DNA of 64,000 bases. Origin: Okamejei kenojei (Eukaryota). Where the stretch lies: assembly GCA_035221665.1 (NCBI GenBank), contig CM069148.1:32922001-32986000 (forward strand), read 5' to 3'. The translations under genes were made by a program, and so were the position numbers. Positions 26,012 to 39,504 of the stretch are shown in pieces; position 1 is the stretch's first letter, and each line of letters opens with the position of its first letter. The notes under the pieces were generated by a model. It worked only from the letters and a program-made list of their open reading frames with translations, was not told the DNA's origin and did no database searches.

Positions 26012-27348
26012 ATATTGTAATGACGTATATTGTTGCCACTGTTGATAGTCCACAGTGTTTCTTGGCCACCCAGTTTTGACTCTAGGGGTATCATTCTAAA
26101 TTTAACCTCTTGCACCATCTCTTCCTGCTCTCGTTTTATCTTTGTTTGCATGACTGAAACTATCTAGGAGATTCATTTGGTCTTTGTCTCATCCACAAAG
26201 ATTTAAAAGACAGAATCTAAAAAGCCTGCTGCTCTCTTCTCTATCTGTCTTTTAATTGCTACATTTTTCCACATGCTCTATAATGACTTCTTAATCGCTG
26301 TTTATTTATGAACAAATCCCAAAAAGAGACACAGGTATGTCTTCTGTTGGTGTAGGTTCATTCATCAGATATGCGGGGTATCAGAAATTCCTTCCTCTTA
26401 GTTTGCGGTCACGGGTACACTTGGTATGCAAGCAGTTCCGGAACAACTAATACAAATCCCCAGGCAGCTTCTTCATTTTAGTGCATATTTTTTTAAAACA
26501 AATATCTGGGATAATGTATTTAATTTAAATATATTACTCCTCAGCACATTTCAGAATTCAAGTTCAATGTTTTGGGATACAAACTGTGGAGATTAGATGT
26601 ACCTTACTAAAATCCATAGAGCCAATATACAACTCCCTACCCTCATCGATCAACTTTGTCACCTCCACAAAAGTATTGTTCGTTGATAAGGCATGACTGC
26701 CACATACAAAGCCATGCTAACTCTCAAAAATTATCCCATTTTCCAAATGGAAGTAAATCCCATACCAAAGAATCCTCTCCCATAGTTTCCCTACCACTGA
26801 TGTGAGGCTCGCCGGCCTATAATTCCTTGACTTCTCCCTAGAGAGGCTAGAAAATACTCAAAGATCTCCATCAAGTCTCCTCTTTTGCCTCTCTCTATAA
26901 CGTGGGATATACCTCATTAGGCACTGGGATTTAGCCACCTAAATGCTCTTCCAGAGCCCCAACACCTCCTCCTTAATCTCAAATTCCCCTTGCGTATTAG
27001 TATTCTCCACATTGTCCTCCAAGTCCCCCTTGGTAAAAGCAGATGCAAAGTACTTTGTTTAGTGCCTAGCCTACATACACAGACTCTAAGCACAAATTCC
27101 CTCCTTTATTCTAGAGCAGTCCTACCTTCTCCCTGGTTACCCTCTTGTTTTTAATGTATAAAAGCTTTGAGATTTTCTTTGGTCCGAGTCGCCAAAACCA
27201 CATAAAACAAACTTTAAGAAAGTGCTAAAGGAACTTTTGAAGTGTACCCGGGAGAGAGACTAACGATTTCAGAAAGGCGGAATGTTTAGATCGTAAGCCT
27301 TTGCTGGCTCTTCCCCTGTGTTAATGGATTTAGCATTGCTGTTGGCAG

Positions 27349-27427
27349 ATAGCTGGGGCCATGTCTGAAATGGGAATGTCACTGGACGAAATTGTGCAGA
27401 AGCTAAAGTCCACTTTAAGTAAAGTAG
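27349..27427 (+). CDS. TKFC: TKFC coding exon (IAGAMSEMGMSLDEIVQKLKSTLSKV)
   Basis: ggcag acceptor, gtaagt donor, 79 nt, phase 0/1; matches human VAGALAEAGVGLEEI. Not in the supplied ORF track. Confidence 0.9.
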
Positions 27428-28331
27428 GTAAGTGTTAAGTAAATGGATTCCAGCTCAAACTGAGCCTATTATTATCATTGATTGAGATTATTTGTGATTT
27501 TAATGTTATCTATTGAGGATTCTGTTGATGGGAGATAGTGAATCCACAGCCATTAGTTTTTGTCACTTTATTTTTAAACAGGCAACGCTGCCTGAAATAG
27601 AAGACAAATCTGACTTCAAACCAGTGCTTTTTAGTGATGATATGGTATAGTATACTGACGCCACTAAATGTTAAATGTTATTTCATTTTCTGGCCATATG
27701 ACACATACCTTTAATTATGCATACGGACACCTATTTGTCCACAAAAACTGCGTCAAACTAATATAGACCAATAAAAACAGAAAATTCTATTTCCAACAAT
27801 ATTTGTTGCAATGTTGTAAATTTGTTGCAATTTCTATGTGGCTGCAGGAAGATGGAAGTTTATTAATAAACCAAATAGATTGTTTATAAGTACAGCTACA
27901 GTATATAATGTTTCTTGAAGCTTGTGGGATAATTCTCTAAATTCTCTAAATTTAGGCAAGAATCCACAGATGCTCTTGAGAACTTGTGCAAGGTTGATTT
28001 GGTTGGAGCAACTTTGGTTGGAGCATATATGATTTCTGCTGCTGATGTTGACATTGGATAGTGAAAATAGTTGGATTCCTTTTTTTTTTAACATGACTTG
28101 CAGTATCTCAGCATTCTAAGACACCTCTATCCTCTGATATTTACTCATTTTGTCCTGAAAATTAGAGCAACTCGCATGACTACAAATTGTGTCACATACT
28201 CTTACAGCTCTGCAGAGCTACGGTTGTTACCCTGAGTAAGGGCCTAAATAATATGAATCTAGTGGAAGCAAAATCATGTGTTATTTTGACTGTTAAATGT
28301 ATTCATTTTTTTCCTGTGTTTTCTTGCTCAG

Positions 28332-28421
28332 GTACATTGGGAATCTGTTTATCACCTTGCAGTATCCCTGGATCTCAGCCAACTTTCAGTTTGGAAATGG
28401 ATGAACTGGAACTTGGAATGG
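28332..28421 (+). CDS. TKFC: TKFC coding exon ([30 protein letters not shown])
   Basis: gctcag acceptor, gttaga donor, 90 nt, phase 1/1; matches [30 protein letters not shown]. Confidence 0.94.
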
Positions 28422-29868
28422 GTTAGATATTACTCATAATACTGTACCTAAAGAATATAATAGTGCAGTAAAATACAGAGTTAGCTCAATATTGTCACAT
28501 AAGAACACCGTATCCTGCAATATTTGACAGAGTTGCTGCTCCAATGGCATGCTATATATTTTTTAATAGGGTTATGTTCTGTGAACTGAACTACACAAAC
28601 AAGCCTTATTGATCTTAATGTAATTTACCCAGAGAGCTTCATCTGCTTTATCACCTTAACTCTGTCATGTCAGGGAATAGAAACTTCAGAGCTCGGGTGT
28701 TCTGGGGTGATGTCAGGAAGCATTTCTTCACACATAGGATAATGAAAATGTGGTATCCTCTGCTTAAGAGAAAAACGGTGATAGATAGATTTTAAAGAGT
28801 AATGTAGCTAAATTACATTATCTTGGATTTCCACATAGGCACATGGAAATACTGTATGTAAATCGAGAAAGTTGCTGTCATTGATTCACTGAGACCACAT
28901 GCACACTGCTACTGAACTCATTATAAGCCAGTGAGGAAGTGGGAACTTGAATGAGGTTCCAATACTTAAAATTCACCAAAAATGTTTGCATCATATCCTG
29001 GCAGAACATAGTTTCAGCAGTATTTAAGGTGCATTATTGACATGATTTTTGATAGATTCTGAAGTTAGCACACCTAACACAAGAACAAAGAGTGACAAAT
29101 TGCTACAGTAGAACAGAAACTTAATATGTCATAAATACTTACATTCAACTGGCACAAATGTTTATGCCTGGCTGAGTTAACGCTGTTGTAGTAAACTTGA
29201 GTCTGCATTTTGTGACTGCCCTCTTTCTAGCACATCAGATAAACAAACATGCATAGTTTTTCTTTCCAGCATAAGCCACCAGCTAGTAGTAAGAGTCAGG
29301 CTCTTCAGATTATTTTATTCACAACGTTGCAGCCCATTGGAGCATCATAATCTCCCTTGATGAAGAAGCCTGCAGGTGACATAGGGTGTCACCTAATTGA
29401 GTCGCAAGAGCATGTGGAGTTGGTGCCATAGGAATTAATAACAAAAGTGAACTCAGTGGCACATATGCTTGCATCTTTATGTACGAATTACCCCAACCTC
29501 CTCAAATTACTCTCTAACATATCTCTTCTCAACAAATTATTTTACAGGTACACTCATCCTTCTGTATCAATGCAACCATCACTGACATTCCACATAATAT
29601 TTTTTGCTGCCTCTCTCAACGGGAGGAATTATAACCCAAGAGATAGCCTTATTAATGTCAGGAGATTAAATGCTCAATAATAATCATGGGATTTGGTTAA
29701 GAGGCTACTTCTATAATAACGTTGTTTAGGGATATGGAGATACTCATAATTGAGCAAGATAAATAGTTGGTATGGAATCCTGCAGAAACAAGGTTTGGCA
29801 CTTCACGGGGAAAATAAATATAAAAAAGTGAAATGGCGCATTATATTCAAACATTTGTTTTTATTTAG

Positions 29869-29903
29869 GTATCCATGGAGAAACTGGAATTGAGCGGATA
29901 AAG
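29869..29903 (+). CDS. TKFC: TKFC coding exon with the catalytic His (GIHGETGIERIK)
   Basis: ttatttag acceptor, gtgagt donor, 35 nt, phase 1/0; GIHGE motif (human His221). Confidence 0.92.
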
Positions 29904-31392
29904 GTGAGTGAACTACAACTAATAAAAAACATGGATATTTTTTTATCTAAGTATCTTTGATACTGTGTAGCAAATAGGGTATAAAGGGTGAAGTAAAATG
30001 ATGAAGTCAGAACATTTGGTTATTCGCTCATGCTGGCTTGCTCGTAAAATTGTTGGCAGTTAACACCCCTCTTTCCATTCTTCCTCACTTGTGTTTCAAT
30101 CTGTACTTCCAGAAGGTTAAAATTTACTATTGAGTCAGAAAGTTACATGATCAAGTTTCCTTCCATAGAAAGAAAATCAAGTCTGGCATTTCAGTGCAAA
30201 GTAGCTGCTCCTTCCATTCCGTTACCTGAATGAATATACTCCAAACGTATTTAATTTTCTCCAGATCTGAGGTTCTGAAGCATACAATATGAAATAAATG
30301 TTCTTTCTTCAATGATCATTAATACACTTTGTTATGAACGATACCAACAAATGCTGTTAATTTTCTATACCATTTGTTTTCAAATATCTCATATTCATGA
30401 TGCCTTCACTTAACAAATCTGTATATGAATCCCTATAATTTAAGCTTTTATATTTAAAGTATTTTATTTAAAATGACTTTGCTTTTATCACATTTAAATA
30501 AAAGTAATACATTGCACAATGCAGTTATAAACACAGTTAATTTCAAAATATTAACGAGAAAGATGCTGTTGTAATACCTATCAAACATTTATTGGTTAGA
30601 GAAGTAGAAACAAGGAACTGCAGATGCTGGTTCGCAATAAAAACATACAAAGTGCTGAATTAACTTAGAAGATCAGGCAGCATCTTTGGAGAACATGTCC
30701 TCCAGAGATGCTGCCTGACCCACTGAGTTACTCCAGCATTTTGTATATTTTATTTATTGGGGAGATACTGTTCATTGTTCATTAGCAAATGCACTCTAAA
30801 TAAGTTCTTATTGATGTTTAACTTCAGCAACTGACTGGGTTTGCGTTTGTCCAAGGACTTAGTTGGGGAGGAATACATAAAATACATTCAAGAGGGTTTT
30901 CTGAAACAGTACATAGAGAGTCCTGGCGTGAGAGAAATGGTGTACACTGAGATGGGAGATGGGGGACGGCACAGGAAAGAGAGTGGATGTATTACTTGAA
31001 ATTAGCATATTCAATGTTCATACCATTGGGTTGTAAACTACCCAATTTATGAACTATTTCCCTCCCTCCTGTTGCGCACTCATTTCTTCCACTAATCAGA
31101 CCATGCCTGAATGTTGCCATGCACTTTAAGTTATTGAGTTTAAATTGAATTGAATCACAGTGAATATTTCTACTTCTGACCTTCTGATGAATGGAGATCA
31201 TTGGTGAAGTAGTTGAAGATGATTAGTTGGAGGAAACTGGTCTGAGGTACTTTCGCTGTGTGCCTCACCCAGTCAAATCCTGCCTGAGAGGAGAAGTTAA
31301 TTATAAGGTGAGAGGAATTTAAAAGGAAAATAAGGCAAAGTGACATCATGAGAAAAAAAGGCCAAATACTGTAAAAAGGCCAAATACTAGGC

Positions 31393-32110
31393 ATAGAAAT
31401 ATAGAAAATAGGTACAGGAGTAGGCCACTCAGTACTTCGAGCCAGCACAGCCATTCAATATGATCATGGTTGATCATCCAAAATCAGTACCCCGTTCCTG
31501 CTTTCTCCTCATATCCCTTGCTCCATTAGCATTAAGAGCTATATCTAACTCTCTTGAATACATCCAGTGAATTGGCCTCCACTGCCTTCTGTGGCAGAGA
31601 ATTCCACAGATTCACAACTCCCTGGGTGAAAAAGTTTTTCCTCATCTCAATCCTAAATGGCCTACCCCTTATTCTTAAACTAGCCCCTGATTCTGGACTC
31701 CCCCCAACATGGGGAATATTTTTCCTGCATCTAGCCTGTCCTAAATGGCCTACCCCTTATTCTTAAACTAGCCCCTGATTCTGGACTCCCCCCAACATGG
31801 GGAACATTTTTCCTGCATCTAGCCTGTCCAATCCCTTAAGAATGTTGTATGGTTCTGTAAGATCTCCTCTCATCCTTCTAAATGCCAGTGAATACAAGCA
31901 CAGTCGATCCATTCTTTCATCATATGTCAGTCCCGCCATCCCGGGAATTAAACTGGTGAACCTATGCTGCACCCCCTCAATAGCAAGAATGTCTTTCCTC
32001 AAATTAGGAGACCAAAACAGCACACAATACTCCAGGTGCAGTCTCATCAGGGCCCTATACAACTGCAGTAGGACCTCCTTGTTCCTATACAAATCCTTCG
32101 CTATGAAATA
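31393..32110 (-). mobile_element. CR1 LINE 3' fragment with an internal ~88-bp tandem duplication
   Basis: LQLYRALMRLHLEYCVLFWSP; the segment starting TCCTAAATGGCC recurs at 31651 and 31739; ATAGAAA-type tail. Confidence 0.88.
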
Positions 32111-32453
32111 GCGTGCAGGAGACTGCCTGCATGCAGGCAGGAAAGAGACCATGCTATTAATACTATAAATATGGAGGAGGAATTGTATATCATCGCCATC
32201 AGTAGAAAGTTAGGATAAGGCAAAATAATAGAGCAAAAGGTTGGACCTGATGGTGTGCATTTTAGGATCATGCGTAGATAGTGGAAAAATTGTTTGCACT
32301 CTTGCAAAAATCCATATTTTCCAGAGAAATAATGGAAATTTAAAAACTGTCAATGTGATACCTGTGTTCAAAAAGTGTGGTAAGTAAAATGCAAGTAACT
32401 ATAGAGTTTGTTATCAAATATGGAAAATAGTGGAACATCATATTTAAGGAAGA

Positions 32454-33975
32454 CTAGTGCACCAACGCACCCGTCCCCTACCCGTAGCCCCAGAGGGAGG
32501 CGTGATCCTCCAACTCAACCTGTTGCCGAAGGTAAGATTCGAGCACTCCTCAGCAAAGATCATAGCTCGTGAGCCTCCCCAGCACTGGAGTTGGAAAAAA
32601 AAATCCCAATAGCATCTTCCCAATTGCAATACCAATTGACCCTGCCCTCCTGTCCTGTCAGGAGCTATGATGGCAACATTGTTGCAAATGTGCACTTGCT
32701 GTGAGATGCCATTGAGCTGAAAAGTTCAATGTTGTTGCCAGTGTTCCTGTCTTGCAACTTTGTATCAAAGTGTTTTGGAAGCTGTGAAGAATGATTTTAA
32801 CAGGAAAAAACATTTTAAATTCAAAGTCTTTTTAAACATTTTCAGTAACGTCGAGAAATAAAGCCTGAAATTTTAAGATAAGTAGATTCTGGACCCCAGG
32901 GGAAAAATCTCTATCGGAATATGTAAAAATTTTATCGTTACCGCGTAAATTTTTTGCGAAGATGTGATCACACAAGAACAAATAAACACACAAATCCACA
33001 TACAAGATCAGACTTTTAATAGTTACTAGACCAAGTGGAACCTGTTGGGTCCCGTCCCCTCAACGCGCGGTTGCAGAGGGGAGAGAGGGGTGGCGGCCTG
33101 CAGTATCTCACACACACGCACCAACCACCCCCACCCAGACACATACACACACACACACTAACCAACCCCCCCACACACACACTAACCACCCCCCTTGATA
33201 TTATATTAATATTATTAATTTGCTTCTTTTACCCCATCCCTGCCTTATCCACTCACGCATAGCCCCCAACTCGCAGTCTAGAGAGGGAGGGGGAGAGACA
33301 GAGAGGGGCAGAGAAAGCGAGGCAGAGGGGCAGAGGGAGAGGGGCAGAGAAAGCGAGTGGGGAGAGGGGAGGGGCGAGAGGGCAGGGTTGGAGGGAGGAG
33401 ATGAAGGGAGGGGGAGGAGAGAGGGGGAGATGAGGGTGGGAGGGGGGGCAGGAGGGGGAGAGGGGTGGAAGAGAGGCCGGGGGGAGGAAGCGGGTGGAAG
33501 AGAGGCGGCGTGGGGGTGGTGGAAAAGAGGCCGGGGGGGGGAAGAGAGACAGGGAAGAGAGAGGCCGGGGGGGGGGGGTGGGGGAGAGCGAGGAGCCGAG
33601 AGAAAGCGATACCTGAGAGACCGGGGGGAAGGCGGGAGAGATGCGGGGGAGTGGGAGGAGGGAGAGGTGGGGGGGTGAGAGGGCTGCGTCTTTTGAATAA
33701 CGGGGGAGGAGGGAGAGGTGGGGGGGACATCACTCGCATCGTGCAGATCCAAGATGGCAGCACGCAGATCCATTGTGACATCATCAGCGAAAGCCAGATA
33801 TTTACAAAAAAAATCAGATTTGTGAACATTTTGATCAATAACTCGAGTAATGCATGAATTTTTCAGATATGGCGAAGTTGGACTCTAGCGGAATATGTAC
33901 AAAATTAGCACGTCGTTTTTTCGAGAAGATGTGATCACACACAAACAAATAAACACACACATGTACACACACACA
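32454..33975 (-). mobile_element. Two abutting non-autonomous Helitron copies (junction at 33025/33026) with G-rich low-complexity interior
   Basis: 33026 carries the reverse complement of the hairpin+CTAG 3' end seen at 35741-35767; sequence ending at 33025 matches the reverse complement of the 5' end at 34470; the block GAAGATGTGATCACAC..AACAAATAAACACAC occurs at ~32960 and ~33925. Outer edges uncertain. Confidence 0.6.
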
Positions 33976-34469
33976 GGAGGGGAGGAGGGGAGGGGAGGGG
34001 GGAAGAGGTGAACAGCGGGCGTCAACCAAGGGACTGCGAGTTTGGCGGCTTCATTCCAGAGCCTGACTTGCTCGTCATTTGAATATCGCGGGGGGGGGGG
34101 GGGGGGTGGGTGGGAGGCGAGACAAGTTATTTGGCAAGATAGGGGTTCCATGTTTTTGGAGATAATGTTAGTATAGATAGATTAGCTAACAAACAAGAAG
34201 CAGCTAGCGGGGATAAAGGAGACACTTTTAAAGGAGATAGCAACCTATAATCAGTAGGGTGGTATAGGGATCAGTGCTAGGACCCACATGTTTGAATTAC
34301 AAATAATTTAGAGAAAGAAAGCAAATGTACAGCAGCCAAATTTGTGGATGATAACAAAAATGGGTGGAATGACAATCCAAGAATTAGCAGAGATATTTAT
34401 AGGTTCAGTACACGAGCTAAAAGTTCACAACTGGAGTATAATGTGAAGTGCTTCACTTTGGAAGCAGTA

Positions 34470-35767
34470 TCTATATAACTAATAGTCTCATCTTAACCAC
34501 TTCATGTCTGCGCTGTATATTGATTTTAGAAAAAACACTACCCTATATCGCTCTAATTTTTAGCCATCTTACTCACAGTCCTCCGCTGAGGCAGCACCGA
34601 GGATTTTTCAGATCAATTAAAAATAAAAATGTTATGAGTGTTTAAAAAATCTTGAGATCAGCTGATTGGTCCTCTCGCCTGTCAATCACCACGATGAAGG
34701 TAATGCCCCAGCCGGGGGGGAGGGGGGGGGGCATGACTATAAAAGCCCGGATGCCTGGACGTGAGTCAGTCACTCTGGAAATGAAAGACAAATGCATTGC
34801 AGTCTCAAGCACAGGCCTGCCCTGTGCTTGAGACTGCAATGCAAAATGGAAATGAAATGACAATGCCATGAGTTGTTTGGCCTGCCGTGTGCTTGAGACT
34901 GCAATGCAAAATGGAAATGAAATGACAATGCCATGAGTTATTTGGCCTGCTCTGTGCTTGAAATTGCAATGCAAAATGGAAATAAAATGACAATGCCATG
35001 AGTTGTTTGGCTTCCCCTGTGCTTGAGACTGCAATGCAAAATTGAAATGAAATTAAATGAGTTGTTTAACCTGCCCTGTGCTTGAAATGGAAATGGAAAT
35101 GAAATGAAATGAGTTATTTGGCCTGCCTGGAACCACTAATTTCGGCCCACAAAGCCCCTATTAGCCGAGAAACCAGTCCCTTTTGCCCAAAATGCCCGTA
35201 TTAGCCCAGGAGAGCATTTTTGGCCCAAAAGACCCATGCCAGGCCAGGAAAAGTCCAGTAAATGTACCTTTCACTGAGATTTTTTTCTAATGAGTCCCTT
35301 CGACCCATCAGGACTAGCCCAGGAGGAATCCCTTCGGCCCATCAGTAAGTATTAAACCTCACCCCAGTATTTTTCTCCGTCCCTTCATTGGCTCCCTGTG
35401 AGATCCAGACCAGGATAGACTTTCCTCCTTCATTGCTGTGATCTGCAGAAAAAGATCCTGAGAGCCTGAGCTGCCAGCCCGGCAGGCCTGAGTGACTGAG
35501 CTGCCAGCCCATCAGGCCTGAGTGACTGAGCTGCCAGCCTACCAGGCCTGAGTGACTGAGTTGCCAGCCCAATAATCCATTTGGCCCACTATGTCCATAC
35601 TAACCCTCTGGAGACCAGTCCCTTTGGCCCACAACACCCATACTAGCGCTCCAGAAAGCCCCCCTCCCACTGGCCACCAATATTGGAATTGGTGGAGAGG
35701 TGGAATATTGTGTTGGGGGACCAGCCCTCCCGTGAGAGCATGGGACCCAACGGGTCTCACAGTCTAG
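34470..35767 (+). mobile_element. Non-autonomous Helitron containing ~65-bp and ~30-bp tandem repeats
   Basis: Inserted between A and T with no TSD; 5' TCTATATAACTAA; 3' GGGACCCAACGGGTCTC hairpin followed by CTAG; it interrupts an old CR1 RT. Repeats at ~34790-35130 and ~35455-35570. Confidence 0.85.
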
Positions 35768-36231
35768 TATTATTTAAATGGAGAAAGATTGCTGAAATCT
35801 GTAGCAAAAGAAGGATTTAGGTATCCTTGCACTTGAAACACAGAAAGCTAGCTTATTGGTACATGAAGGTAATGAGGAAGACTTATGGAATGCTGGCCTT
35901 AGTTTGCTTTCCTTTTGGCTGCTTGAGATTTGTTCAGCAAACTAAAAATCTTCTGGTTCATCAGAATATAAGGAGAATAAAAATGTAATGTGTGCATGAA
36001 TATATAAATGGGATGATCAGCAAAGACTTAGTGGGCAGGAGAGCAGGGCCAGTTTTCATGTTATGTGACTCTGGTAATTCCTCATTTTGTGTCATGATCC
36101 AGTTGCTCCTTACCTGTTTTTATTCAGTAACTGTAAGTTTCTCATCCTCATTCTTTGATGCTACAGCTGGTGACTATCATCTAATCTCTATGATCACAGT
36201 TCATTAATTATTGATGTTTGTGTCTCCCCAG

Positions 36232-36316
36232 ATAATGCCAGCTGATGAAGTAATACAAAAAATGATTGATCATATGACAAATCCCACTAATGAATCTCAT
36301 CTGCGTATTCAAGCTG
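36232..36316 (+). CDS. TKFC: TKFC coding exon (IMPADEVIQKMIDHMTNPTNESHLRIQA)
   Basis: ctccccag acceptor, gtaaat donor, 85 nt, phase 0/1; matches [24 protein letters not shown]. Confidence 0.93.
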
Positions 36317-36896
36317 GTAAATATGAATTTACTCCTCCAATAGTTCAGTATGTTGACAGAGGTACTCAGTGCTAATCTTTGAAAACAATATACTACTGTG
36401 TCTCAAATATCTATTCTCGCAGAATATATATGTCAATGAAACTGAAGAATGGCTCCAAACTATTCCTGGATATAGTGTAAGAAGGCGCAGTCCTCTTTCT
36501 TACAGTTTGGCTTTCTTCCCAACCCATTGTTCAAGCACTTTTGATTGCAACATGCGCCTTAATTTAGTTCAACAAAGAAACTGACAAGTTACTAAAGAAC
36601 TTGTAAGAGAGGAGTTTCAGTATTGATTAAAGAGAATTTTGCAATCCTGAATGATGAACTGGAGAGATCAAACCATAATGTATTTTTTTCATATTTAAAC
36701 AAGGGATTGGGGGAGAGCAATTACACCACTGGCATTAATCCATAGACCTTTCACTAACAGGAAGGATCTTAAAGAGCATAGTTACAGTGAAGTTACAAAG
36801 ATGTGAAACATTTTCAATAATGGGGGAATTGAGCTGTCCAAATCTACAGTTGAATGGTCATAACAAAAGGTCCAAAGTGGGAACGTTTCTAAAATG

Positions 36897-37186
36897 TGTT
36901 TAGTTTAGTTTAGAAAAACAGCACGGAAACAGGCCCTTCGGCCCTCCGGAACTGCGCCAACCAGCGATCGCCGCATATTAACACTATCCTACACACACTA
37001 TGGACAATTTTTCCATTTACCAAGCCAATTTACCTACAAACCTGTACGTCTTTGGAATGTGGGAGGAAACCGAAGATCTCGGAGAAAACCCATGCGGTCA
37101 CGGGGAGAACGTACCAACTCCATACCAACAGCACAGTTTCTCCGGTGCCGCAAGCGCTGCTAGGCAGCAACTCTACCACTGCACCA
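36897..37186 (-). mobile_element. HE1-like V-SINE (tRNA-derived SINE typical of sharks and rays)
   Basis: (GTTTA)n tail; CR1-like 3' end AACAGGCCCTTCGGCC; V-SINE core TGTGGGAGGAAACC..GAGAAAACCCA..GGTCACGGGGAGAAC; tRNA-like head. Confidence 0.8.
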
Positions 37187-37533
37187 GGGGGAAATCTTGA
37201 GGATTTTCCAGATTACATTTTTCTCCTGCAGGAAAAGGAAGTAATGCAACATTTGCTTTTGGCAAAAACATGGTGAAACAATGATTAGATAAAGCTTTGG
37301 AAAAACACATAATTCAACTACTGTCTAGGTACTTTTCTATGATGGATAAAGATAATAAATTAAATATGGATTGTAAAGTGACCAAAAAGTATGGAATAAA
37401 ATTAAGCCTGAAAATGTCCATGTTATTCACATGTTAGAATCAGGCTGACTGCACGAAATTCTGAAGAGAAGTTCTAGATTGCCATGGGGAGAATGGGACG
37501 TAGGTAATAAAGAGTTTAGTGGCAAAAGAGTTA

Positions 37534-38118
37534 AGGGCCTGTCACACTTACGAGTCCTTGGCACGCAAATTACGCGACCTCGTCGCGTTGAGGCGCACGT
37601 GCATTGTGTGGCCGCGCGGGGCCGGTCCCACTGAGAAGTGCGGAGGGGTATGTAGTTGTGCACAGTATCGCGCGGTGCTGCGAAATTTTGTAGCGAACAA
37701 AATCTTCGTGTGGCAACGGCCTGTCGCGTAACTGATGGCCAAAGTGGGACAGGCCCAAGACCCTGGCACGACGCAACGTCTCACCTCCAACAGCAGCAAA
37801 AGCAGGCAAGCGATCACTGAGCTCTGCCTGGGGCTCACGGCCAAGAAAATTGAAGATAGACACAAAATGCCGGGGTAACTCAGCGGGACCGGCAGCATCT
37901 CTGGAGAGAAGCAATGGGTGACGTTTCGGGTCGAGACCCTTCCCTCAGACTGAAGAAGAGTCTCGACATGAAGCATCATCCATTCCTTCTCTCCAGAGAT
38001 GCTGCCGGTCCCGCTGAGTTACTCCAGCATTTTGTGTCCATCTTCAAATGACGTCACGCGCTCACTTCGGCTGTGCGGGCGCATGAAATCGCACGCAACC
38101 TTCGCGGGACACAGGTTC
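37534..38118. mobile_element. PIF/Harbinger-like MITE with a nested palindromic Penelope-derived repeat (37850-38047)
   Basis: Left end TTA|AGGGCCTGTCACAC resembles the TIR at 60004; right end degenerate. Confidence 0.6.
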
Positions 38119-38287
38119 CTGTTGCGGATCAGAAAATATATTGTCTTGATTCTGAAGTGTGGGCTTGTAGTATGATTCATGGTGGTGATGTAACTTTGGT
38201 TTCCTAAATTAATTTATAGCACCTATTTCAACTGTATGTTTCGATTACTGGTTGTTTACTGATCTTAATACTATTTTCTGTTTCTAG

Positions 38288-38377
38288 GGGATCATATTGT
38301 TCTGATAGTGAACAATCTTGGAGGGTTGTCCTGCCTTGAATTGAACATTGTGGCCGGTTCTGCAATTAAATATCTGG
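38288..38377 (+). CDS. TKFC: TKFC coding exon (GDHIVLIVNNLGGLSCLELNIVAGSAIKYL)
   Basis: tttctag acceptor, gtaaat donor, 90 nt, phase 1/1; VNNLGGLS.LEL motif. Confidence 0.94.
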
Positions 38378-39504
38378 GTAAATAATGAGTACACAAGTAG
38401 CCCAATCGTTAGCAAACATTTTATAAAACAGGAAGAGTAGAGGTTAAAGATAATTACCTGGTCTGCTAGTCCATTGTAATCAAGTTTGAATCATTGCTGC
38501 TGAATATTTGCATAAATATATGATCTGTGCATCAGAGGCTTTAATTACTAAATCTGAGAATGACACTAAATTGTTGGGCATAAATATAAAGAGACATTAA
38601 TAAATCTGGAAAATTAGGCAGGTAACAAATTTATAAACATGGCTGGAAATAGTTAATGATTTTCAGTGTACAGAAGGATAAATTAGTACAATTTGGTAGG
38701 GGGGCACATACCCATTTCCTAAAAGGTTTTATAAATCGCTGGAAAATTGATCCTAATTATACCCCTATATAAATGATTTAAAATGTAGCAACACATTTAA
38801 ATAAAGCAATATAGAATGAAACATGATTGATTTATTTCAAGTGGATTAGGATTTAAAATCAGGCAAGTTATGTTAAACCTGTTTCAAACTATGGTTAGGC
38901 CAAATTTAAAGATGCTGCAATTTTTATATTTTTCAAATTAAAAGGATCTATAAGCTTTGGTGATGGAGTAATATCTGTAGCTAGTTCACTCTGAATTTGG
39001 CCCGAACCTGTCTGATTGGGAATACAACTAATCAAGGCTAACAGGTTTTTTAAAGGTGTATTAAACCGAACAAATGCCAGAAATAAAAGTATATGCTTGT
39101 ATTTATAAGAAGCTATTGAAGATATGATGTAAAATGTTTTAAAATATCACACAATAATATCTTACATTGTAACAACTTTACACAGCTTTAACTATTAATT
39201 GAACTTCAAATTACATCTACTTTTCTCTTAACTATTTTAGCCCAATCCACTACCAGCAAACACTCAAAGGAATTCCTCTGCATTTGTATCGGAATCATTT
39301 GTCTGCAGACACTTGAAATCTACCCTTAAAAGGCAAATATGATTCACATCTGTGTCTCACATCATGGAATAGATAGGGTAAATGCACAGGCTTTTACCCA
39401 GAGTAGGGGAATCAAGAATCAGCGAACTTAGGTTTACAGTGAAGGGCGAAAGATTTAATATGAAACTAAGGGACACATTTTTCCACAAAGAGTTGTAGGT
39501 ATAT

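Noticed and set aside
26570-27200. Possible additional gene fragments (also 10530-10920, 45030-45420, 52050-52460)
   Set aside because: They appear to be very old LINE (CR1-like) debris without open frames or splice-consistent exons; too decayed to delimit.
33201-33857. Pro/Ser- and Gly/Arg-rich ORFs (also 53782-54210)
   Set aside because: Low-complexity polypurine tracts inside Helitron copies.
34790-35130. Regularly spaced repeats resembling a CRISPR array (also 12.2 kb and 58.2 kb)
   Set aside because: Tandem units without unique spacers, no cas genes, vertebrate context.
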